Assembly: GCF_024502345.1 (NCBI RefSeq)
Contig: NZ_JALDNN010000001.1
Origin: Escherichia coli
GTDB lineage: Bacteria; Pseudomonadota; Gammaproteobacteria; Enterobacterales; Enterobacteriaceae
Reading direction: 5' to 3' (one strand)
DNA: 64,000 bases
A program made the translations under genes and the position numbers. This document shows positions 54,927-64,000 of this stretch, piece after piece (within the stretch, counting starts at the first letter, position 1; every line of letters begins with the position of its first letter). The notes below the pieces were generated by a model. That model was not told where the DNA came from. It saw nothing but the letters and a program-made list of their open reading frames with translations, and did no database searches.

Positions 54927-56360
54927 CTAATTGTTCTGATAAATATCTTTATACAAACGGCTTTCAAAACGCACTAACGGAATACGGCGATTACGCTGAT
55001 CCGCAGGTTCTACTGCATAGCCAGAAAGATATTGTACAAACGCCATTCGTTGCCCGCTCGCTGTGGTAATGAATCCCGCCAGGTTATATACCCCCTGCAA
55101 CGAACCGGTTTTCGCTGAGACTTTTCCATCCACGCCCGCCTGATGCAGACCTGCACGGTACTGCAAAGAGCCGTCATAGCCCGCCAGCGGCAGCATGGAG
55201 ATAAAGTTAAGTTCATTGTCGTGTTGGGCAATGTATTGCAGCACCTGCATCATGGTGGCGGGGGCAATCAGGTTATGCCGCGAAAGCCCTGAACCATCGG
55301 CAATAATGGTGTTTCCAATATCGACACCGGCTTGCTGGCGCAGGATCTGACGCACGGCGTCCGACCCGGCCCGCCATGTTCCAGGCACATTGAAGCGCGC
55401 ATGGCCTATCATGCGGAAAACCGTATCGGCGATCATGTTGTCCGACTTTTTCAGCATAATCTTAAGCAGATCGTGCAACGGGGCCGACTGTTTACTGGCA
55501 ACTACCGTTCCAAGTTCGTTAACCTGAGTCTGGCGCAGCAGTGTTCCGCTCCAGGTGATACCTGCCTGTTTTAACTCATCTTTCAGAATTGCCCCGGCAT
55601 AGCTGGCTCCATCCTGCACGGCAAAAGCCAACGGGAGCGGCTCAGAACGTTGCGGCAGGCATCCCGTTAGCGTAAAGCGGTTCAGGTCGCCTGGTACGAC
55701 ATCCAGTTCGCAGTATTGCGCTTCGGCAGAACCACGGGGGAGTGTGCGTACCTGGCTGAACATCGTAACGGGGTAATAAGATGCCACGCGTATAAAAGCC
55801 ATATCACCAGGTTTTGGGGCACTGTAGAGCGAGACGGAGAAACAGTTGCGGTCAACTATGGCGGCGGCAGGCGGAGCGCTAAAGCATTGTGTCATGTCAT
55901 TCCATGGCCAGCCGGGGGCTTTATCGTGGCTGGCGAAAATGGAGGTATCTATCAACACATTGCCATCGATTTGGTTGACGCCAGATTTTTTCAAAGTCGC
56001 GACCATATTGCGAATATCCTGACGTTTTAACGTCGGATCGGCACCAAATCGCGCCACTAAGTCACCCTTAAGTACGCCGTTTTCCACATTGCCTTTGGTT
56101 TCAAGCGTCGTGGTAAAACGAAAATCGGGGCCGAGTTGAATCAACGCCGCCAGCGCAGTAATCACTTTCTGCGTACTGGCGGGCAGCGCCATCTGCTGAC
56201 TGTGGTAATCAATAGCGGGGGCCGACGCGCCGACTTTTTGCACCATCAGGGCAAGGTTGGCACCAGCGGGGAGTTGAGTAATGTACTCATCAACATTTGC
56301 GGCCTGAACACTAAACGCTATACAGCTGGTCAATCCGATGATAAATCTGGAAAATCGCAT
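54927..56360 (-). CDS. dacB: D-alanyl-D-alanine carboxypeptidase/endopeptidase PBP4
   Basis: ORF track 477 aa with signal peptide. Confidence 0.95.
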   Translation of the reverse strand: MRFSRFIIGLTSCIAFSVQAANVDEYITQLPAGANLALMVQKVGASAPAIDYHSQQMALPASTQKVITALAALIQLGPDFRFTTTLETKGNVENGVLKGDLVARFGADPTLKRQDIRNMVATLKKSGVNQIDGNVLIDTSIFASHDKAPGWPWNDMTQCFSAPPAAAIVDRNCFSVSLYSAPKPGDMAFIRVASYYPVTMFSQVRTLPRGSAEAQYCELDVVPGDLNRFTLTGCLPQRSEPLPLAFAVQDGASYAGAILKDELKQAGITWSGTLLRQTQVNELGTVVASKQSAPLHDLLKIMLKKSDNMIADTVFRMIGHARFNVPGTWRAGSDAVRQILRQQAGVDIGNTIIADGSGLSRHNLIAPATMMQVLQYIAQHDNELNFISMLPLAGYDGSLQYRAGLHQAGVDGKVSAKTGSLQGVYNLAGFITTASGQRMAFVQYLSGYAVEPADQRNRRIPLVRFESRLYKDIYQNN

Positions 56361-56460
56361 AATCTCGCGCTAACAACCTGGAATCGAGCCGTCATACTAC
56401 GGCGCAACGCCCTATAAAGTAAACGATGACCCTTCGGGAACTTCAGGGTAAAATGACTAT

Positions 56461-56513
56461 CAAAATGTGAATTGTAGCTGACCTGGGACTTGTACCCGGG
56501 TCGGTATTTTTTT
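56461..56513 (+). ncRNA. graL: candidate GraL, the greA leader RNA ended by an attenuator hairpin
   Basis: -10-like TAAAAT at 56449..56454, then hairpin gacctggg..cccgggtc and a T7 run about 95 nt upstream of the greA ATG. Confidence 0.4.
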
Positions 56514-56607
56514 GCTTCTGGTCCCGGTGAGGAGTTATGCCGGGCAGGCCGAACAGCCGGGGTGGGTGAAGACTTGCCCCATCAGGAATATTCAAGAGGT
56601 ATAACAA

Positions 56608-57084
<477 letters not shown>

Positions 57085-57130
57085 GAATTACCCAATACTC
57101 AAGATGTTGATGTATTGTAAAGAAAGGAAA

Positions 57131-57152
57131 AAGGCCGCTATGCGGCCTTTTA
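57131..57152 (+). terminator. Rho-independent terminator after greA
   Basis: aaggccgctatgcggcctt hairpin followed by T. Confidence 0.7.
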
Positions 57153-57239
57153 TCAACGAACAGAGCGTGGCATTTTGCTCTCCTGCCTGCGGAAAACCCC
57201 TCGTTTTACACAGCAAATGTGTGTAACTTTAGGATAATC

Positions 57240-57533
57240 TTAGCGTGGCAGCGAGATTTTACGTTCTTTAGTTGGGCGATAAAGCACCAGCGTTTTACCG
57301 ATGACCTGTACATTACAGGCGCCGGTTTCGCGCACGATAGCTTCCACGATCAAGGTTTTAGTTTCGCGATCTTCGGTGGCGATTTTCACCTTGATGAGTT
57401 CATGGTGCTCTAACGCTTGTTCAATCTCGGCCAGCACCCCTTCGGTCAAACCATTACTGCCAAGCAGAACAACTGGCTTGAGCGGATGTGCCAGACCTTT
57501 CAGGTGCTGTTTTTGTTTAGTACTCAGATTCAT
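57240..57533 (-). CDS. yhbY: ribosome assembly RNA-binding protein YhbY
   Basis: ORF track 97 aa. Confidence 0.92.
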   Translation of the reverse strand: MNLSTKQKQHLKGLAHPLKPVVLLGSNGLTEGVLAEIEQALEHHELIKVKIATEDRETKTLIVEAIVRETGACNVQVIGKTLVLYRPTKERKISLPR

Positions 57534-57658
57534 CGTATTTTTTGCTTACGTTGGGATTGAAAACGGGTCATTCTACCGCCATCTCCCATATATCACCAAA
57601 TAGGCGCGTAAAAATTTACGCAATTGGTTACGATGAGTTATCCCCATGGGAAAGTTAA

Positions 57659-58288
57659 ATGACAGGTAAGAAGCGTTCTGCCAGCTCCAGCCGCTGGCTT
57701 CAGGAACACTTTAGCGATAAATATGTTCAACAGGCACAGAAAAAGGGGTTACGTTCCCGTGCCTGGTTTAAACTTGATGAAATACAGCAAAGTGACAAAC
57801 TCTTTAAACCGGGAATGACGGTTGTCGACCTTGGTGCTGCTCCGGGTGGTTGGTCACAATATGTGGTCACCCAAATTGGCGGCAAAGGCCGCATCATCGC
57901 TTGCGATCTTTTACCTATGGATCCTATCGTTGGTGTGGACTTTCTTCAGGGCGATTTTCGTGATGAACTGGTGATGAAAGCACTGCTGGAGCGCGTTGGC
58001 GACAGCAAAGTCCAGGTTGTCATGTCCGATATGGCACCAAACATGAGCGGAACACCGGCGGTGGATATCCCCCGTGCCATGTATCTGGTGGAACTGGCGC
58101 TAGAAATGTGTCGTGATGTATTAGCGCCAGGTGGCAGTTTTGTAGTGAAGGTGTTCCAGGGCGAAGGTTTCGATGAGTATCTAAGGGAAATTCGCTCCCT
58201 GTTTACGAAGGTCAAAGTTCGTAAGCCGGACTCTTCTCGTGCACGTTCGCGGGAAGTGTATATTGTAGCGACCGGGCGTAAACCCTAA
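57659..58288 (+). CDS. rlmE: 23S rRNA 2'-O-ribose U2552 methyltransferase RlmE (FtsJ)
   Basis: ORF track 209 aa; SAM-binding motif [13 protein letters not shown]. Confidence 0.96.
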
Positions 58289-58387
58289 CCGGGAGATTTC
58301 AGACGAAAGTTTGAAAGATGCTGGATATAGAGTATCCTGACGCTGTTTTTAACACAGTTGTAATAAGAGGTTAATCCCTTGAGTGAC

Positions 58388-60322
58388 ATGGCGAAAAACC
58401 TAATACTCTGGCTGGTCATTGCCGTTGTGCTGATGTCAGTATTCCAGAGCTTTGGGCCCAGCGAGTCTAATGGCCGTAAGGTGGATTACTCTACCTTCCT
58501 ACAAGAGGTCAATAACGACCAGGTTCGTGAAGCGCGTATCAACGGACGTGAAATCAACGTTACCAAGAAAGATAGTAACCGTTATACCACTTACATTCCG
58601 GTTCAGGATCCGAAATTACTGGATAACCTGTTGACCAAGAACGTCAAGGTTGTCGGTGAACCGCCTGAAGAACCAAGCCTGCTGGCTTCTATCTTCATCT
58701 CCTGGTTCCCGATGCTGTTGCTGATTGGTGTCTGGATCTTCTTCATGCGTCAAATGCAGGGCGGCGGTGGCAAAGGTGCCATGTCGTTTGGTAAGAGCAA
58801 AGCGCGCATGCTGACGGAAGATCAGATCAAAACGACCTTTGCTGACGTTGCGGGCTGCGACGAAGCAAAAGAAGAAGTTGCTGAACTGGTTGAGTATCTG
58901 CGCGAGCCGAGCCGCTTCCAGAAACTCGGCGGTAAGATCCCGAAAGGCGTCCTGATGGTCGGTCCTCCAGGTACCGGTAAAACGCTGCTGGCGAAAGCGA
59001 TTGCAGGCGAAGCGAAAGTTCCGTTCTTTACTATCTCCGGTTCTGACTTCGTAGAAATGTTCGTCGGTGTGGGTGCATCCCGTGTTCGTGACATGTTCGA
59101 ACAGGCGAAGAAAGCGGCACCGTGCATCATCTTTATCGATGAAATCGACGCCGTAGGCCGCCAGCGTGGCGCAGGTCTGGGCGGTGGTCACGATGAACGT
59201 GAACAGACTCTGAACCAGATGCTGGTTGAGATGGATGGCTTCGAAGGTAACGAAGGTATCATCGTTATCGCCGCGACTAACCGTCCGGACGTTCTCGACC
59301 CGGCCCTGCTGCGTCCTGGCCGTTTCGACCGTCAGGTTGTGGTCGGCTTGCCAGATGTTCGCGGTCGTGAGCAGATCCTGAAAGTTCACATGCGTCGCGT
59401 ACCATTGGCACCCGATATCGACGCGGCAATCATTGCCCGTGGTACTCCTGGTTTCTCCGGTGCTGACCTGGCGAACCTGGTGAACGAAGCGGCACTGTTC
59501 GCTGCTCGTGGCAACAAACGCGTTGTGTCGATGGTTGAGTTCGAGAAAGCGAAAGACAAAATCATGATGGGTGCGGAACGTCGCTCCATGGTGATGACGG
59601 AAGCGCAGAAAGAATCGACGGCTTACCACGAAGCGGGTCATGCGATTATCGGTCGCCTGGTGCCGGAGCACGATCCGGTGCACAAAGTGACGATTATCCC
59701 ACGCGGTCGTGCGCTGGGTGTGACTTTCTTCTTGCCTGAGGGCGACGCAATCAGCGCCAGCCGTCAGAAACTGGAAAGCCAGATTTCTACGCTGTACGGT
59801 GGTCGTCTGGCAGAAGAGATCATCTACGGGCCGGAACATGTTTCTACCGGTGCGTCCAACGATATTAAAGTTGCGACCAACCTGGCACGTAACATGGTGA
59901 CTCAGTGGGGCTTCTCTGAGAAATTGGGTCCACTGCTGTACGCGGAAGAAGAAGGTGAAGTGTTCCTCGGCCGTAGCGTAGCGAAAGCGAAACATATGTC
60001 CGATGAAACTGCACGTATCATCGACCAGGAAGTGAAAGCACTGATTGAGCGTAACTATAATCGTGCGCGTCAGCTTCTGACCGACAATATGGATATTCTG
60101 CATGCGATGAAAGATGCTCTCATGAAATATGAGACTATCGACGCACCGCAGATTGATGACCTGATGGCACGTCGCGATGTACGTCCGCCAGCGGGCTGGG
60201 AAGAACCAGGCGCTTCTAACAATTCTGGCGACAATGGTAGTCCAAAGGCTCCTCGTCCGGTTGATGAACCGCGTACGCCGAACCCGGGTAACACCATGTC
60301 AGAGCAGTTAGGCGACAAGTAA
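58388..60322 (+). CDS. ftsH: ATP-dependent zinc metalloprotease FtsH
   Basis: 644 aa from [19 protein letters not shown]...; Walker A GPPGTGKT, zinc motif HEAGH. Confidence 0.97.
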
Positions 60323-60355
60323 GTTCCCGCATCAGATGACTGTATTTGTACCGAA

Positions 60356-60384
60356 AACCCCGGGGCGTGCTCCGGGGTTTTTTC
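60356..60384 (+). terminator. Rho-independent terminator after ftsH
   Basis: ccccggggcgtgctccgggg hairpin followed by T7. Confidence 0.75.
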
Positions 60385-60411
60385 TTATCAATTCATACCA
60401 GGGATAACATC

Positions 60412-61260
60412 ATGAAACTCTTTGCCCAGGGTACTTCACTGGACCTTAGCCATCCTCACGTAATGGGGATCCTCAACGTCACGCCTGATTCCTTTTCGGA
60501 TGGTGGCACGCATAACTCGCTGATAGATGCGGTGAAACATGCGAATCTGATGATCAACGCTGGCGCGACGATCATTGACGTTGGTGGCGAGTCCACGCGG
60601 CCAGGGGCGGCGGAAGTTAGCGTTGAAGAAGAGTTGCAACGTGTTATTCCTGTGGTTGAGGCAATTGCTCAACGCTTCGAAGTCTGGATCTCGGTCGATA
60701 CATCCAAACCAGAAGTCATCCGTGAGTCAGCAAAAGTTGGCGCTCACATTATTAACGATATCCGCTCCCTTTCCGAACCTGGCGCTCTGGAGGCGGCTGC
60801 AGAAACCGGTTTACCGGTTTGTCTGATGCATATGCAGGGAAATCCAAAAACCATGCAGGAAGCCCCGAAGTATGACGATGTCTTTGCAGAAGTGAATCGC
60901 TACTTTATTGAGCAAATAGCACGTTGCGAGCAGGCGGGTATCGCAAAAGAGAAATTGTTGCTCGACCCCGGATTCGGTTTCGGTAAAAATCTCTCCCATA
61001 ACTATTCATTACTGGCGCGCCTGGCTGAATTTCACCATTTCAACCTGCCGCTGTTGGTGGGTATGTCACGAAAATCGATGATTGGGCAGCTGCTGAACGT
61101 GGGGCCGTCCGAGCGCCTGAGCGGTAGTCTGGCCTGTGCGGTCATTGCCGCAATGCAAGGCGCGCACATCATTCGTGTTCATGACGTCAAAGAAACCGTA
61201 GAAGCGATGCGGGTGGTGGAAGCCACTCTGTCTGCAAAGGAAAACAAACGCTATGAGTAA
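60412..61260 (+). CDS. folP: dihydropteroate synthase
   Basis: 282 aa from [32 protein letters not shown]... Confidence 0.96.
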
Positions 61261-62590
61261 TCGTAAATATTTCGGTACCGATGGGATTCGTGGTCGTGTA
61301 GGGGATGCGCCGATCACACCTGATTTTGTGCTTAAGCTGGGTTGGGCCGCGGGTAAAGTGCTGGCGCGCCACGGCTCCCGTAAGATTATTATTGGTAAAG
61401 ACACGCGTATTTCTGGCTATATGCTGGAGTCAGCACTGGAAGCGGGTCTGGCGGCAGCGGGCCTTTCCGCACTCTTCACTGGCCCGATGCCAACACCGGC
61501 CGTGGCTTATCTGACGCGTACCTTCCGCGCAGAGGCCGGAATTGTGATATCTGCATCGCATAACCCGTTCTACGATAATGGCATTAAATTCTTCTCTATC
61601 GACGGCACCAAACTGCCGGATGCGGTAGAAGAGGCCATCGAAGCGGAAATGGAAAAGGAGATCAGCTGCGTTGATTCGGCAGAACTGGGTAAAGCCAGCC
61701 GTATCGTTGATGCCGCGGGTCGCTATATCGAGTTTTGCAAAGCCACGTTCCCGAACGAACTTAGCCTCAGTGAACTGAAGATTGTGGTGGATTGTGCAAA
61801 CGGTGCGACTTATCACATCGCGCCGAACGTGCTGCGCGAACTGGGGGCGAACGTTATCGCTATCGGTTGTGAGCCAAACGGTGTAAACATCAATGCCGAA
61901 GTGGGGGCTACCGACGTTCGCGCGCTCCAGGCTCGTGTGCTGGCTGAAAAAGCGGATCTCGGTATTGCCTTCGACGGCGACGGCGATCGCGTGATTATGG
62001 TTGACCATGAAGGCAATAAAGTCGATGGCGATCAGATCATGTATATCATCGCGCGTGAAGGTCTTCGTCAGGGCCAGCTGCGTGGTGGCGCTGTGGGTAC
62101 ATTGATGAGCAACATGGGGCTTGAACTGGCGCTGAAACAGTTAGGAATTCCATTTGCGCGCGCGAAAGTGGGTGACCGCTACGTACTGGAAAAAATGCAG
62201 GAGAAAGGCTGGCGTATCGGTGCAGAGAATTCCGGTCATGTGATCCTGCTGGATAAAACCACTACCGGTGACGGCATCGTTGCTGGCTTGCAGGTGCTGG
62301 CGGCGATGGCACGTAACCATATGAGCCTGCACGACCTTTGCAGCGGCATGAAAATGTTCCCGCAGATTCTGGTTAACGTACGTTACACCGCAGGTAGCGG
62401 CGATCCACTTGAGCATGAGTCAGTTAAAGCCGTGACCGCAGAGGTTGAAGCTGCGCTGGGCAACCGTGGACGCGTGTTGCTGCGTAAATCCGGCACCGAA
62501 CCGTTAATTCGCGTGATGGTGGAAGGCGAAGACGAAGCGCAGGTGACTGAATTTGCACACCGCATCGCCGATGCAGTAAAAGCCGTTTAA
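61253..62590 (+). CDS. glmM: phosphoglucosamine mutase
   Basis: ORF track 445 aa; active-site SASHNP. Confidence 0.97.
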
Positions 62591-62610
62591 AGCGATAAAT
62601 GACTGGCTAA

Positions 62611-62637
62611 AAAGGCGGCGATTGTCGCCTTTTTTCT
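62611..62637 (+). terminator. Rho-independent terminator after glmM
   Basis: aggcggcgattgtcgcct hairpin followed by T6. Confidence 0.75.
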
Positions 62638-62817
62638 CAGCGAACACATCGGTTTTGCTGTTTTTTTCCGCAGTTGATACAATGCGATAAAATTGCCCTT
62701 GCGAAGGTCATTCGCTTTGGTTAGTATTCACACCCGCTTCAGTGGGAAAGATTAAAAACTCCCGCTTTATTGGTTGAAGCATTGGTACGCGGCAACTCCG
62801 CAAGGAACAGGTTGATT

Positions 62818-63150
62818 ATGTACGAAGCTCTTTTGGTAGTTTTCCTTATTGTGGCAATTGGCCTTGTTGGTCTGATCATGCTGCAGCAAGGTAAAGGCGC
62901 TGATATGGGAGCCTCCTTCGGAGCAGGCGCTTCCGCTACGCTGTTTGGTTCAAGTGGTTCTGGTAACTTCATGACCCGCATGACGGCGCTGCTGGCAACG
63001 TTATTCTTCATCATCAGTCTGGTGCTGGGTAACATCAATAGCAACAAAACCAATAAAGGTAGCGAATGGGAAAATCTGAGTGCACCGGCGAAAACCGAAC
63101 AAACTCAGCCAGCTGCTCCGGCTAAGCCGACCAGCGATATCCCGAACTAA
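62818..63150 (+). CDS. secG: preprotein translocase subunit SecG
   Basis: 110 aa from MYEALLVVFLIVAIGLVGLIMLQQGKGADMGASFG... Confidence 0.96.
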   Translation: MYEALLVVFLIVAIGLVGLIMLQQGKGADMGASFGAGASATLFGSSGSGNFMTRMTALLATLFFIISLVLGNINSNKTNKGSEWENLSAPAKTEQTQPAAPAKPTSDIPN

Positions 63151-63164
63151 AAAGTAGTATCCGT

Positions 63165-63251
63165 GCCGAGGTGGTGGAATTGGTAGACACGCTACCTTGA
63201 GGTGGTAGTGCCCAATAGGGCTTACGGGTTCAAGTCCCGTCCTCGGTACCA
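63165..63251 (+). tRNA. leuU: tRNA-Leu, anticodon GAG
   Basis: 87 nt GCCGAGGTGGTGGAATTGGTAGACACGCTACCTTGAGGTGGTAG...GGTACCA with long variable arm and encoded CCA; 14 nt after secG. Confidence 0.95.
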
Positions 63252-63263
63252 AATTCCAGAAAA

Positions 63264-63290
63264 GAGACGCTGAAAAGCGTCTTTTTTCGT
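63264..63290 (+). terminator. Rho-independent terminator after leuU
   Basis: agacgctgaaaagcgtct hairpin followed by T6. Confidence 0.8.
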
Positions 63291-63325
63291 TTTATAAGCC
63301 AGGTTAAGTATTCTTAATTTGATAA

Positions 63326-64000
63326 CTATTTACCTAGGCATAAATCTGTTTCATCTAGTTTGAAATCTGTAATTTCTAACTTTTGCATTATTACCGGAAG
63401 CACTTGGTGAATTATTCTCATGCCAGTAAGGATCTCGTTCATGTATATATCTGGATGAATGCGAGATTTATTGAAATCGAAACGTTCGGCTTCTGCTGCA
63501 ACGCTAAGTTGGTCAGCGGTGTTATAAACCATTTCCAGAAGTTCGGCTCTTAACGGAATTCCCGCCCTGAATGCCATCATCTTGAGTTGATTCAACCAAT
63601 TTTCGTAGTCTTTTTTAACTCTATAACGAAATTCTTTAAAGTTTGACGCAACAGGAGTATCAATTTCAATTTTGCATGCAGCAAGTGATATCAATGAACT
63701 CTGAATATTGATGGCTTCGCTTGAATAGACATCTAAATCGTCGTCCTGAATCAACTCATCAACATATGCTATGTAGAAACCATAAACATCATTCAGAGCA
63801 TGATAAATATCATTAATTACAGAACAATGAGCATTGCTCTCTAATATCTCCCAAAAAGCCTCTTCTTCATCAGCATTATCGTCGTCAATATTAAGTCCTT
63901 CAGGAAAGGAAAGAGGTGTAGGAAAACCTATTCGCTTTAATACATCAATTGTTTCTTCAACCAAAAAACCATCTTCGTCAGTAAGAAGTTGTGTTATATA
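63326..64000 (-). CDS. C-terminal part (at least 224 aa) of an acidic hypothetical protein; its start lies beyond the window edge
   Basis: Minus-strand frame is open from the window edge (..YITQLLTDEDGF..) to the stop at 63326; the track's start at 63964 is a TTG; AT-rich; convergent on leuU; not the yhbX I expect here. Confidence 0.5.
   Translation of the reverse strand, partial: YITQLLTDEDGFLVEETIDVLKRIGFPTPLSFPEGLNIDDDNADEEEAFWEILESNAHCSVINDIYHALNDVYGFYIAYVDELIQDDDLDVYSSEAINIQSSLISLAACKIEIDTPVASNFKEFRYRVKKDYENWLNQLKMMAFRAGIPLRAELLEMVYNTADQLSVAAEAERFDFNKSRIHPDIYMNEILTGMRIIHQVLPVIMQKLEITDFKLDETDLCLGK

Noticed and set aside
58616-60103. 495-aa ORF antisense to ftsH
   Set aside because: It lies entirely inside the well-supported ftsH coding region on the opposite strand, has no obvious ribosome-binding site and a low-complexity arginine/histidine/threonine/phenylalanine-rich composition typical of a spurious antisense frame.
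63962-63964. TTG start assigned by the track to the leuU-adjacent ORF
   Set aside because: The frame stays open upstream to the window edge with no stop, so the real start is most likely outside the window.

Overview
This window reads as an Escherichia coli chromosomal segment, in reverse orientation relative to K-12 MG1655 numbering, running from the 3' end of yhdP to secG-leuU. Almost all of it is conserved core genome: tldD, aaeRXAB, yhcO/yhcN, argR, mdh, degS/degQ, zapG/zapE, rplM-rpsI, sspAB, the nan operon, gltBD, yhcC, arcB with the ArcZ sRNA, elbB-mtgA, yrbL, the rpoN-hpf-ptsN-rapZ-npr and yrbG-kdsDC-lptCAB clusters, mlaFEDCB-ibaG-murA, sfsB, ispB, rplU-rpmA, yhbE-obgE, dacB, greA, yhbY and rlmE-ftsH-folP-glmM. 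Three places depart from the K-12 gene order as I remember it. (1) An IS1 copy sits in the 5' end of dcuD with no target-site duplication. (2) Between yhcH and gltD the K-12 block gltF-yhcADEF is absent; in its place is about 0.9 kb of AT-rich DNA holding a YhcG/DUF1016-like N-terminal ORF with three 39-bp-spaced palindromes and a tightly coupled 101-aa basic ORF. (3) Next to leuU, where I expect yhbX, there is an AT-rich convergent ORF for an acidic protein that runs off the window edge. Items 2 and 3 are the best candidates for anything undescribed, but I cannot assign a function to either from sequence alone. All identifications come from reading the ORF translations against my memory of E. 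coli proteins; no database search, GC calculation or RNA folding was run. I found no CRISPR array and no rRNA.
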